This document shows positions 38,701 to 47,335 of a stretch of 64,000 bases of DNA, piece after piece. The notes beneath the pieces were generated by a model that saw only the letters and a list, made by a program, of their open reading frames with translations, ran no database searches and was not told the DNA's origin. Position 1 is the first letter of the stretch. Every line of letters begins with the position of its first letter. The position numbers and the translations under genes are program-made. Location: positions 166,191 through 230,190 of the forward strand of contig JBMNOP010000003.1 of assembly GCA_050943135.1 (NCBI GenBank), read 5' to 3'. Origin of the DNA: Thermoguttaceae bacterium. Its GTDB lineage: Bacteria; Planctomycetota; Planctomycetia; Pirellulales; Thermoguttaceae.

Positions 38701-38843
38701 GGCTAACCGATACCGGCAGCGAAAACTGGGATCCGCAATCTGATATTGACGGGGACGGAACGGTCGGGCCGGGAGACTACGCGTTCCTGAGCGTCAACTG
38801 GTTAAAACGGATCGACGACGGAACGATCGTCTATCCGGGGTAA
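35706..38843 (+). CDS. Secreted mosaic protein: planctomycete-type N-terminal motif, metzincin Zn-protease domain, Pmp-like parallel beta-helix repeats, C-terminal dockerin repeats
   Basis: N-terminal RSGRRMNVEQLEERHLLA. HEMGHALGLNH matches the HExxHxxGxxH metzincin signature. There are nine or more GGAIYN / FGGAI(Y/V)N repeats. Two DIDGDG(F/T)(I/V)GPGDYA dockerin-like Ca-binding repeats are present. The antisense ORF 35880..37580 is rejected. Confidence 0.7.
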   Translation: MSLPKPIQTRLSSFLGRSPLKKRSPRSGRRMNVEQLEERHLLAVAAGAFSPEIPALFDSTMVTAAEVMATQQAIDPVALNSKVDSLYAIHLDFDGHTTSNTNWNRVYTDGADIVSPRFTLDGDTSKTSFTAAETAAIYEIWLRVAEDFMPFDVNVTTVEPAAEVFEAGRAQRVVIGGSCYDWYQGAAAGISWLGSFSKNQDVPNFVFSEVLYGSLKYIAETVTHEMGHALGLNHKGNSQVPGQSEYYQGTNGWAPIMGTAYYQELTQWSKGEYYGANSTVDELAVITTNNGFGYRDDDHADSFDGATVLTITDAAGMISGIIERNTDIDCFVFESDGSPLSFLVGGITGLTNLDTLVKIYSEDRQLLHVDDPADRLDVEFLFTGGAGTYYITVEGTGLETDWSGIYSDYGSLGGYTIRVGYPESLVVTTLDDTIVDDGDLSLREAILFALDRTTILFDESLAGGVITLGEGEIQVNRAIRVDASAIGGITIDAQGLSRVLEVTGSATLVGLTVTGGAETTRGAGIYNTGNVTLIDCVLRENIASEHAHHLVGGGAIYNDTGATASLIDCELTGNKGNFGGAIYNVGTLLLDRTMISGSAAWQWNGGAIYNRGTVLGTDSCFSGNQAKDYSGSIVGGGAIYNAEGAEASFTATEFLQNIGTFGGAIVNFGTCALDTVLMDGNTISSYRGGAVYNYAQLSVTNSTFSANIAPAAESLLVGGGAIYNAQTGTATITQSLFHDNAGNFGGAIVNAGQMTITASTVARNYSNTRDGGGILNAGTLEITNTLLAENVSNESHPDLYAYAGTVTGSYNLSSFADWGEGAGNIVWTGEGLFLDSGENPFTPAPGSAAVDAGSNALVLTETDLAGNTRIYNLAVDIGALEYCGTVPRTLPAPTITAVVSAGGKSQTVRWLPVTGAVSYQVSVLCGGITQTYTTEGLSQWFDNLTYGAEAVYTVRAIGDGLTTVDSGPSESYARCVSPCDIDGDGFIGPGDYALFSSVWLTDTGSENWDPQSDIDGDGTVGPGDYAFLSVNWLKRIDDGTIVYPG

Positions 38844-38933
38844 AACGGATTCGTCGACCGCGATAACGGAAAGAGGGTACGGCGGCAAGATCTCCCCGTA
38901 CCGCTGCGCGTCGACCGGTGCGGTCCTTAAAGG

Positions 38934-41900
38934 TCAGCGTGCCGCCTTCCGGACCGTGAAGCGATAAGTTCCGCCGCCGACCTCGTAAAGAAGTGCCGGT
39001 TTTCCGCGATCGGTCACCTTTTCGGCGGCCAGGCGAATCGATTCCGGAATTTTGTGATCGGCCAAGACCTCTTCCCCTTCGTCGTAAGGAACGAATATTT
39101 TTGCCCGGGTGTTATACGGGACCACGGCTTCGAATGTCAGTTCCTCGGTCTGAGGATCCCGATCCCATCGCGAGGCGATCCGGCCGTAAGGGGTGTCGAG
39201 ATGCGCGTCGACACTTCGGAGCGGCTCTTTTCCCGGAACGGCCAAGTCGCTCACGCGACAGTCCGGCGCAAGAGTCGATCGACGGAACCCCGGCGCCGAC
39301 GGAACCCCTCCGGCCGAGGGATACGGCGCGCCGTCGAGCCGGATCCCCGCAAGATACTGATAGAACCATGCCGAGACGTCGCCGAACATCACGTGGTTGC
39401 GCGACGAGCCTTCGCCCCAGTCCTCCCAGAGGGTGCCGGCACCGCGACGAATCCAATCGGCATAACAGGGCGAAGTTTCCTGCAAGACCATGCGGAGCGC
39501 CAGATCGGTTCTTCCCCCTTCACTCAAGGTACGGAGAATATATTTAGCTCCGAAGATTCCGCAATCGAAATGGGCATCGACCGCATGAAGACGGTCGAGC
39601 AGACGATCGAACACGGCCTTTTGTTCCTTTTCGGGCAGAGCGTCGACAAGGCCCTGATGAATCGGGCACGACTGTGCCGTCAGGCTTCCGTCGTCGCATT
39701 GACCCGTCGCGCCGTCGATCAAAACCCGGCAGTAATCGGCACGGATTCGGTCGGCAAGCGCGGCGTATTTCTCGGCGTCTTCGGTCTTGCCGAGCATTTT
39801 AGCCGTCTCGGCCGTGATCTTGGCGTCGACATAATAGTAACTGCTCGTGGTCACCTGGACCGACGGCATCTTCCGATAGGGGCACCAGTCCCCCAACCCG
39901 TGCGAGACGAGGCGGTCGGCGTCTTCGCGGGTGGTGAGATAATCGACATAGAGTTTCATGGCGTCGTAAGAAGTTTCGAGGATCCGCCGGTCGCCGCGAT
40001 AGACGAAAAGATGCCACGGGACGAGAATCAACGCGGAGTCCCAAGAGGGGCCGTTCCCCCAGGCGTATCCCCAGCCGCCGGTCGGAACGATCCCGGGGAG
40101 GTTCCCGTCGGGGCGTTGCTCGTCGCACAGGTCCCGAACCCACTTTTCGTAGGCGGCGCTGTTTTTCCAGTTATACATCGCCTGTTCACAGGCCAGTTGG
40201 GCGTCCCCGGTCCAACCGTTCTTTTCACGGTGCGGACAGTCGGTCGGGTACCCGTCGACGAAGTTCGCGCGGTACGACGAAAGGGTTGCCGCCTGAATGT
40301 CGTTGATCAGTCGGTTGGAGGTGGTAAAGGCTCCGTTTTCCGGAAACCCGTTCGCGACGACGCATGCGGTAAAATCTTCGGGGTTCGGGGCGGAACTTAA
40401 CCCTTTCACTTCCAGATATTGGAACCCGTGGTAGGTGAAACGCGGTTCGAAAACTTCGACCGGATTTCCCCCGGCAATGTAGAAGTCGGTCTGGAAACCG
40501 CCGGCTTCCCCGGCGAAATAGGCAGGCGAACCTTCAAGGAAATGGAGCGCAAGGTCGTTTCGTTCGATCCGGCCCTCTTTCAGGCGTTCGGAATAGCGGA
40601 GTCGGACGACCTTCCCCTTTTCGAGCCCTCGGAACTCGACCCGGCACCAGCCGGCGATGTTCCTGCCCAGGTCGACGATCCAGGTTTCCGGTTCTTTGGT
40701 CGGTTGTACCGACACGGCGGGAAACTCATCGACGATCACCGTGCCGGGGAAAAGGGACGAAGTGAGAAGACCACCCGGAGGATCGATCCGTTCGGCCTGC
40801 CCCAGTTTTTCTTGACAGAACCCGCCGTCAACGATTTCCCCTTGCCGAATGCAATCATAGATCAACGGGCTGGTCACGGTGTCCCAGGTCTCGTCGCTGG
40901 CGATCACCTCGGAAGTGCCGTCGTCATAATTAATATTCAGTTGGGCCAAAAGGCGGGGAGAACCGCGCCAGTGAGCCGCGTCGAAGTTCCAAGTCGCCGT
41001 CGATCGGACATCGTACCAGCCGTGTCCGAGGAGAACATCCAAGACGTGCGGGCCCCCTTCTTCGGTCAACCGGTCGGTCAGATCATACGCGGAATAGAGA
41101 ACGCGCCGATCGTACCGGGTCATGGAGGGGTCTAAAAGGCGGCCGGAAATCTTTTGGCCGTCGAGCGAGGCTTCGTAGAATCCCAACCCGCTGATGTAAA
41201 GCGTTGCCCGCGTGACCTTTTTATCGTTTGCCGTACGGAACGTTTTTTGAAATGCCGGAGAGATCCCGTCCGCGAAGCGGCGCAGTTTCCCCCATGGGGC
41301 GGCGTCAGGCGACCATAGCTCGGCTGCCTGCGGGAGCGATATTTCGCTTTCCTCAAGTTGATCCCAACCGTCATTCGGCTCGGAAAGGAGTTTCCAGGAA
41401 GCGTCGGATTTCAGTTCGAGAACCGTCTGTCCCGGAATCCCGCGCCCCGGCGTCACCCGGTCGATCGGAACAAGTTCGCGGATCTCGAGTTTCAGCAGGA
41501 TCGCCGGCTCGGTACCGTCGTCGGTTCGCATCTTGGCGGCCAAGAGATTCTTGCCGGGCCGGAGAAGTTCCGTGACATCGGCAACCCGCAAAAGGTCGGG
41601 ATTGAATACCATTCCGAAAGAGTGCGTCGCCGTTTTACCGTTCAAATGGATTTCGAAGGTTTTGTTTCCCGCGTAATGGAGGAGCGCCGTATATTTTTTG
41701 GCGTCGAGATCGGCCTGGGTGACATCCAGGTCGAACTCTTTCCGAACCAGTGGGGTTGCGCAATCCCGTCGGCCGATCCAGAAGACCCCGTCAAGGGGGG
41801 TCGGCCGACGAAGCCGTTCGGGTTGTGCGATCCATTTCCCCTGCCAGTCGGAAGGGGTCATGATTCCGGTGGTCCACGACGCAGGTCGGCTCCAGGGGGA

Positions 41901-42290
41901 AAGGTTTCCGTCCTGGTCTTTGATTCGGACTTTCCAGAAGACGTGCGTATCGGAACGGAGTGGCTTCCCTTCGTAGGGGATTTGAATCGACCGATCCGAA
42001 GCGACCCAGCCGGAATCCCAAAGGTCGGCTGCCTCGCCGTCAAGGGTGGCACGGTCGGAAGCGACCAGAATTCGATAAGCGGTCTGCTCGTAGCCGTATC
42101 CTCCGTCATTGGCGTCATTCTTCCAAGCCAGCCGGGGATTTTGTGTCTCGACGCCGATCGGGTTCGAGAGCATCTCGACGGTCAACCCGTCGGGGAAAAG
42201 GGAGGCCCCGTCGGCGCGGCCGACAGGCGAAAAACCGAGGCAAAAGGCGGAAAGGAGAAAAAGGAAAACATAGTTTCGAAGGCGGAACAT
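38934..42290 (-). CDS. Alpha-L-rhamnosidase (GH78), 1118 aa, secreted
   Basis: Signal peptide MFRLRNYVFLFLLSAFCLGFSPVGRA. LSNPIGVETQNPRLAWK...YRILVA is the characteristic GH78 N-terminal block. The size and downstream aromatic-rich catalytic (alpha/alpha)6 region are consistent with GH78. Confidence 0.7.
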   Translation of the reverse strand: MFRLRNYVFLFLLSAFCLGFSPVGRADGASLFPDGLTVEMLSNPIGVETQNPRLAWKNDANDGGYGYEQTAYRILVASDRATLDGEAADLWDSGWVASDRSIQIPYEGKPLRSDTHVFWKVRIKDQDGNLSPWSRPASWTTGIMTPSDWQGKWIAQPERLRRPTPLDGVFWIGRRDCATPLVRKEFDLDVTQADLDAKKYTALLHYAGNKTFEIHLNGKTATHSFGMVFNPDLLRVADVTELLRPGKNLLAAKMRTDDGTEPAILLKLEIRELVPIDRVTPGRGIPGQTVLELKSDASWKLLSEPNDGWDQLEESEISLPQAAELWSPDAAPWGKLRRFADGISPAFQKTFRTANDKKVTRATLYISGLGFYEASLDGQKISGRLLDPSMTRYDRRVLYSAYDLTDRLTEEGGPHVLDVLLGHGWYDVRSTATWNFDAAHWRGSPRLLAQLNINYDDGTSEVIASDETWDTVTSPLIYDCIRQGEIVDGGFCQEKLGQAERIDPPGGLLTSSLFPGTVIVDEFPAVSVQPTKEPETWIVDLGRNIAGWCRVEFRGLEKGKVVRLRYSERLKEGRIERNDLALHFLEGSPAYFAGEAGGFQTDFYIAGGNPVEVFEPRFTYHGFQYLEVKGLSSAPNPEDFTACVVANGFPENGAFTTSNRLINDIQAATLSSYRANFVDGYPTDCPHREKNGWTGDAQLACEQAMYNWKNSAAYEKWVRDLCDEQRPDGNLPGIVPTGGWGYAWGNGPSWDSALILVPWHLFVYRGDRRILETSYDAMKLYVDYLTTREDADRLVSHGLGDWCPYRKMPSVQVTTSSYYYVDAKITAETAKMLGKTEDAEKYAALADRIRADYCRVLIDGATGQCDDGSLTAQSCPIHQGLVDALPEKEQKAVFDRLLDRLHAVDAHFDCGIFGAKYILRTLSEGGRTDLALRMVLQETSPCYADWIRRGAGTLWEDWGEGSSRNHVMFGDVSAWFYQYLAGIRLDGAPYPSAGGVPSAPGFRRSTLAPDCRVSDLAVPGKEPLRSVDAHLDTPYGRIASRWDRDPQTEELTFEAVVPYNTRAKIFVPYDEGEEVLADHKIPESIRLAAEKVTDRGKPALLYEVGGGTYRFTVRKAAR

Positions 42291-42437
42291 CTGAACCTCT
42301 GCTGTTTTGTTCGCGGAAACGGATTTTGCTATCCGTAGGATTCGATAGAAAAATTCTATCCGAATTGCCCCGAAAAAACAAGCGCGGGCAGCAAGAACGC
42401 CGAAGGGGGAGAAGATGAGGGGAACGGAGGAAAATCC

Positions 42438-42465
42438 TTGACAAGACCGGCGTTTCCTTTATAGT
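42438..42465 (+). promoter_or_regulatory. Sigma70-like promoter (TTGACA-N16-TATAGT) abutting the mntP start
   Basis: Read directly. The predicted start of transcription falls a few nt before ATG 42475, implying a leaderless or very short-leader mRNA. Confidence 0.4.
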
Positions 42466-42474
42466 ATGGGGACG

Positions 42475-43038
42475 ATGAGCGCCACGGATCTCTTTCTTTT
42501 GGCCGGTGCCCTTTCGATGGACGCATTCGCCGTCTCGGCCTGTAAGGGCATGGCCGCCAAACGTGTCGATTGGAAAGGTTTGTTGATCGTCGGCCTTTGG
42601 TTCGGCGGGTTTCAGGCATTGATGCCCGGAATCGGCTATCTGCTCGGTTCGTTCTGCGAAGAGTATATCAGCGTGGCCTCCTATTGGATCGCGTTCCTCC
42701 TGCTCGGCTACGTCGGCGGGAAGATGGTTTTTGAATCCTTTGGCAACGGCAAAGAGGAAAAGGAGAACGCCTCGTTGGCTCCCGTCGTGATGTTTTTCCT
42801 GGCGGTGGCAACGAGTGTCGATGCCCTTGCGGCCGGGATCACTTTCGCATTCCTGGATCTCCGTTTGATTTTTACCCTCGCTTTGATCGGCATCACCACA
42901 TTTGTTTTCTCCGATGCCGGTTTCCTTCTCGGAAGAGTGATCGGAAAACATGCGACGCACAAGTCCGAATGTATCGGCGGCGTGATCCTTCTCTTCCTGG
43001 GGACCAAGATCCTTCTCGAAGGACTCGGAGTCTTCTGA
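42475..43038 (+). CDS. mntP: Manganese efflux pump MntP
   Basis: MSATDLFLLAGALSMDAFAVSACKG aligns with the E. coli MntP N-terminus (…MSMDAFAAS…). A second DALAAG repeat is present and the protein has six transmembrane helices. The upstream in-frame ATG at 42466 is possible, but alignment favours 42475. Confidence 0.8.
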   Translation: MSATDLFLLAGALSMDAFAVSACKGMAAKRVDWKGLLIVGLWFGGFQALMPGIGYLLGSFCEEYISVASYWIAFLLLGYVGGKMVFESFGNGKEEKENASLAPVVMFFLAVATSVDALAAGITFAFLDLRLIFTLALIGITTFVFSDAGFLLGRVIGKHATHKSECIGGVILLFLGTKILLEGLGVF

Positions 43039-43121
43039 CGGGAACCGCCTGTCCGACGGAAAGATATGAAGAGTTAAACGAAATATTTTGCTGACGCAAA
43101 TTCATTAGAAGGGAAAATGCC

Positions 43122-44510
43122 ATGATTGCTATCCGTCGATTTTGCTTCTTATTCGTTTGCTTGGTCGGTTCGGTTGGCGCAACCTTGTGCGCCGACCCCA
43201 ACCCGGCCACAACCCCCGAGCCTTTCGAGGGGGAACGGTTCGACCGAATCTGTGATCGCATGAGTCAGGGAGACGTCGATCTTCTCTGGGTCGGCGACTC
43301 GATCATCAACGGCTTTGCCAACGGGGGCGGCAAGGAAATTTTCGATGAACGCTACTCGAGCCGTCGGCCGCTCAGTATCGCGATCAGTGGCATGCGGACC
43401 GGGCATGTCCTTTGGGAACTCGAAAACGCCCCGGTCGATCGGATCTCTCCGAAGATGGCGGTGGTCATGATCGGCACCAACAACGTCGGTCATGGAAAAT
43501 CGTCTCCCGAACAGACGGCCGAAGGAATCGAGGCGATCGTCAATCGCCTGAAACAACTCTATCCGCAGATGAAGATCCTCCTTCTCGAAGTATTCCCGCG
43601 CGACCCGAAACCGGAAGATGAGCTGAGGAAGGACGTCGAAAAGATCAACACACTGATCCGAAACCTCTATGGCGGCGACAAGGTCGGAAATGTCAAGCTT
43701 TACGGGATCAATGACCTCTTCCTGACCCCGACCGGGGAACTGACCCCGGAGATGATGCCCGATTTCCTCCATCCTTCCCCGGCAGCCTACGATATTTGCG
43801 GGAAAGCCTTGGAGCCGTTTATCATCGAAGGGCTCGGCGAGCGCCCGATGGAATCTGTCGGCGAACGGATCGATGGCGCCTGGATGGATCGGTTTAACGA
43901 GAAGAACAAACTTCTTACCGAAAACGATTATAAGATTCTCCTTCTCGGCGACTCGATCACCCATTACTGGGAAGAAGCGGCGTTCGACGGCGAAGAGGAT
44001 CTCCTGATCCCTCTCTGGAAGCGCTATTTTGAGGACCGTGGCGCCATCAACCTGGGAATCGCCGGCGATCAGACCCAAAACCTGGTTTGGCGGGTCGAGC
44101 ATTACGATTTTTCGAAGATTCGTCCGAAATTGGCGATTCTCCTGATCGGCGTTAACAACATTCCGACCGGTCATCCCTTCGAGGCGACGGCGTACGCGAC
44201 CCGTTACATCGTCAAAACGGTCCGAGAAAAGTGCCCCGGAATCAACATCATCGTTCTGAAATGTTTCCCCTACATGTGGATGGGAAAACGCGAATATCAA
44301 GAGATGGTCGATCAGTATAACGGACTGCTCGACTACTATTTCCGCGACCTGGAATATGTCGAGCTGGTCGACATCGGCGACATGTACCGCGGCGAAGACG
44401 GACTGGTCAACACCGACTTCTTCCCCGACCGGGTTCACCCAAACCGAGACGGTTACCTTCTTTGGGGGGAACGGATGAAAAAGATGGTCACCGAAAAATT
44501 GGGGGAATAA
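43122..44510 (+). CDS. Secreted tandem SGNH/GDSL-type esterase (paralogue of 2712..4145)
   Basis: Signal peptide MIAIRRFCFLFVCLVGSVGATLCA. The GDS blocks LLWVGDSIINGF and ILLLGDSITHYW are present. Domain order and spacing match the first paralogue. Confidence 0.7.
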   Translation: MIAIRRFCFLFVCLVGSVGATLCADPNPATTPEPFEGERFDRICDRMSQGDVDLLWVGDSIINGFANGGGKEIFDERYSSRRPLSIAISGMRTGHVLWELENAPVDRISPKMAVVMIGTNNVGHGKSSPEQTAEGIEAIVNRLKQLYPQMKILLLEVFPRDPKPEDELRKDVEKINTLIRNLYGGDKVGNVKLYGINDLFLTPTGELTPEMMPDFLHPSPAAYDICGKALEPFIIEGLGERPMESVGERIDGAWMDRFNEKNKLLTENDYKILLLGDSITHYWEEAAFDGEEDLLIPLWKRYFEDRGAINLGIAGDQTQNLVWRVEHYDFSKIRPKLAILLIGVNNIPTGHPFEATAYATRYIVKTVREKCPGINIIVLKCFPYMWMGKREYQEMVDQYNGLLDYYFRDLEYVELVDIGDMYRGEDGLVNTDFFPDRVHPNRDGYLLWGERMKKMVTEKLGE

Positions 44511-44553
44511 CGAAAGAGACTCCAAAGAGGTGCCACCGCAAGAGAAGCGTGAT

Positions 44554-47079
44554 TTATTCGTAAATCAGGAACGCTTCACGGTATTTCATGAATCGGTCGA
44601 AATCTTCTTTCCAAACGGATTCGGCCACGTCGAGCGATGCCCCCTCTTTCATGAGGGTCAGGATCTCTTTGTTTAGCAGAAGATGGTTCGCGTTCCGGTC
44701 ATTGATCTTATCGGGATAAGAGGCCATCAACTCGCGCATCAGTGCCAGCCCCATCTTGACCGGCTCCAACGCATTGCGGTCGGTCAAGATGAATCGAATC
44801 CCCGAGATCTCCTTGTCTTGGAACGGGCGGGCGGTCGGGGTGTAGGTGATCGGTTCGAAACGGACCCCGGCAATCGGTTTTTCCGTGGTCGTGCGCCCCT
44901 CTTCGGCGACCAGAGCGTTCATCTTTTCGGCCAAAGCGGGCCCGTCGATCCATTCGGCCCCGATCAACTCAAAGGGGGTGTCGGTGCCGCGACCGACGGA
45001 ATAGCCGGTCCCCTCGGCCAGACAGACTCCGGGATAGAGGGTCGCGGCGGTCAGGCTGCGCATATTGGGGGAAGGATTGACCCACGGAAGGCCGGTCTGG
45101 TCAAAGTAGATCTCGCGGGTCCAGTTCAGAACAGGAACGACCGTCAGATTCAAGCGGAGTTTCTGTTTGTCATTGATCATCAGCGCGATCTCGCCGACGG
45201 TCATCCCATGGCGGACGGGAATCCGGTCAAAATTGATAAACGACTCTTCCCCGGGGTCGGCAAGAGGCCCGGCCGTCTGCAACCCGCTGATCGGGTTGAC
45301 CCGATCGAGGACCACAAAATCGAGCCCGTTGTCGGCCGCCGCCTGCATCGCCATCCCCATCGTGGAAATGTAGGTGTAGAAGCGTGCGCCGATATCTTGA
45401 ATGTCAAAGACGAGGGTGTCGATCCCTTCGAGCATCTCCGGGGTCGGACGACGGATTTCCCCGTAAAGACTGTAAACCGGAACTCCCGTTTCGGGATCCC
45501 GGGAATCGTCGATATTGGATTGTTCGAGTTTGCCGGCAATTCCGTGCTCCGGGCTAAAGAGAGCGACCAGGTCAACACCTGCCTGCTTCATCAACCGGCC
45601 TGTCGAGACCCCGGAACGGTCGATGCCGGTATGATTGGTGATCAGCCCAACCCGTCTGTCCCTCAGGAGCTCGAAACCGGTGTATTCCAGCGCATCGATC
45701 CCGTTGAGCGTGATTTTGCGCGGATAGGCGGATTTCGGCACGGAAAGGACATGACGCATCGCTTCGGCGTGGATCGCCTTGGCGTTAAAGGGGTCGCAGA
45801 TCGCATCGACGGCAATCGTACCGATCGTCGCGGCGCGGCGGTTCATCGCGTTATCGCGCTTTTTCGGATGGAGTCGGTTCCCGAGCAGGATCACAAAGAG
45901 GTCGTGGTCCGGATCGATCCAGAAAGCGGTACCGGTAAACCCGGTGTGTCCGAAGGCCGAAGGAGAGTAGTTCCAAGACCGAGCCGCGGTACCGGCCGAA
46001 CGGCGTTTCTCCCAGCCGAGCCCGTGAACCCCACCGGTCACCTGCCAGCGGGCCGTCCAGAGATGGCAAGTGTCGGGCGAAAGAACCCTCACTTTTTGAC
46101 CGCTCTCTTTGGTTAACGTCCCCTCGCCGAGCATCATCGACGCGAAAACCGCCAGGTCGGGCGCCGTGGTGAAAAGCCCGGCATTTCCGCCGTGTCCGCC
46201 GATCGCCCACGATTGCGGATCATGAACGACCCCCTTGATCCACCCGCGTTTTTCGTCGAATTCGGTGGTGACGCAACGGTCGAACCAGTCGGCGGCCGAG
46301 GCTTTTTGGTCTTCCGAAGCCTCGTCGAGTTTATCCTTCGGACGGAAGCCCGAGTCGAACATGCCGAGCGGACGGTAAATGTTCTCCTCGGCAAAATCAC
46401 CGAGTTTTTCCCCCGAGAGGACTTCGACCAGTTTCCCGAGAATGAGGAAACCCTGGCAGATATAGCGATAGGTCGTTCCGGTCGGTTTGAGAAGTGGCTC
46501 GGCCATGACGCGATCCCAAATCTCGTCGACGGAACCGGCACGATAGTTCGGGAACCAAACCGGATTGATTCCGGCCATATGTTTCAAACAGGAACGGATG
46601 GTAACATCTTCTTTGCCGTTCTGTGCAAACGCGGGCATGAAGCGGGCAATCGGATCGTCGAGCGCATATTTGTTTTGGTCGTAGAGCAGAGCCATCGAAG
46701 TCGCGGTCGCAACGCACTTGGTGATCGACGCCATATCGAAAACCGTGTCCAACTCCATCGGAAGGCGCTCGGGCTCGACCTGACGATCTCCGAACGCCTT
46801 CATGTAGGCGATCCCCGAGCGGCGTCCCACGGCAATCACGACGCCGGAAGTTTCTTCATTTTCCATCATCTCGTCGGCAACCGCGTCGATCCACTCGGTC
46901 AGGCGCGGATCAAAATTCAACGCTTCCGGTGATTTTATCGGAAGAGCGTAAGGCCCTGCTGCCGTCAGAAGCGAAAGACCGCTTAAAAAAAGAACTGCGA
47001 AGAAGAAATAAAACTTCGAACCCCTTGAAAACATCGCCACGATGTCCGCCTTTTTTCCTTGCTTACCACGTTTTACCAT
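44554..47079 (-). CDS. Secreted fusion protein: beta-lactamase-fold serine hydrolase (SxxK) + DUF1343 (NamZ-like exo-beta-N-acetylmuramidase) domain
   Basis: ATG at 47079 (MVKRGKQGKK...FFFAVLFLSGLSLLTAAG signal). ASITKCV is the SxxK motif. The C-terminal 430 aa carry the DUF1343 hallmarks (GIDAL...RVGLITNHTGI...LFSPEHGI...GVPVYSLYG...IDTLVFDIQDIGARFYTYIST). Confidence 0.75.
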   Translation of the reverse strand: MVKRGKQGKKADIVAMFSRGSKFYFFFAVLFLSGLSLLTAAGPYALPIKSPEALNFDPRLTEWIDAVADEMMENEETSGVVIAVGRRSGIAYMKAFGDRQVEPERLPMELDTVFDMASITKCVATATSMALLYDQNKYALDDPIARFMPAFAQNGKEDVTIRSCLKHMAGINPVWFPNYRAGSVDEIWDRVMAEPLLKPTGTTYRYICQGFLILGKLVEVLSGEKLGDFAEENIYRPLGMFDSGFRPKDKLDEASEDQKASAADWFDRCVTTEFDEKRGWIKGVVHDPQSWAIGGHGGNAGLFTTAPDLAVFASMMLGEGTLTKESGQKVRVLSPDTCHLWTARWQVTGGVHGLGWEKRRSAGTAARSWNYSPSAFGHTGFTGTAFWIDPDHDLFVILLGNRLHPKKRDNAMNRRAATIGTIAVDAICDPFNAKAIHAEAMRHVLSVPKSAYPRKITLNGIDALEYTGFELLRDRRVGLITNHTGIDRSGVSTGRLMKQAGVDLVALFSPEHGIAGKLEQSNIDDSRDPETGVPVYSLYGEIRRPTPEMLEGIDTLVFDIQDIGARFYTYISTMGMAMQAAADNGLDFVVLDRVNPISGLQTAGPLADPGEESFINFDRIPVRHGMTVGEIALMINDKQKLRLNLTVVPVLNWTREIYFDQTGLPWVNPSPNMRSLTAATLYPGVCLAEGTGYSVGRGTDTPFELIGAEWIDGPALAEKMNALVAEEGRTTTEKPIAGVRFEPITYTPTARPFQDKEISGIRFILTDRNALEPVKMGLALMRELMASYPDKINDRNANHLLLNKEILTLMKEGASLDVAESVWKEDFDRFMKYREAFLIYE

Positions 47080-47335
47080 GTTGAGACCTGTCCGAACGCA
47101 GAACCATCTTAATGGGAACAAATCTTTTTGTCCAGAGTACATCACGGTTTTGGGCAAGTTCGGGAAAACCGCTCTCGCAAGATCGAGAAGAACTTGTATT
47201 TTACCCAAAATACCATAAAATTTCCCCCAACACTTCCGAAAACCCTTGGAATTCGATTCGTAAAAGGGTATAAATAGAGGGGGCTGGGGGTCGTTAACCC
47301 GGTATTTTTACTCCATACCTACATGAGGGATTGTG

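Noticed and set aside
42380-42465. Possible yybP-ykoY Mn2+ riboswitch upstream of mntP (GGGGGAGAAG … CAAGACC resemble the conserved loop sequences).
   Set aside because: The two motifs are only about 30 nt apart, too close for the four-way junction of roughly 100 nt. The same nucleotides form a near-consensus -35/-10 promoter that would start transcription after them.
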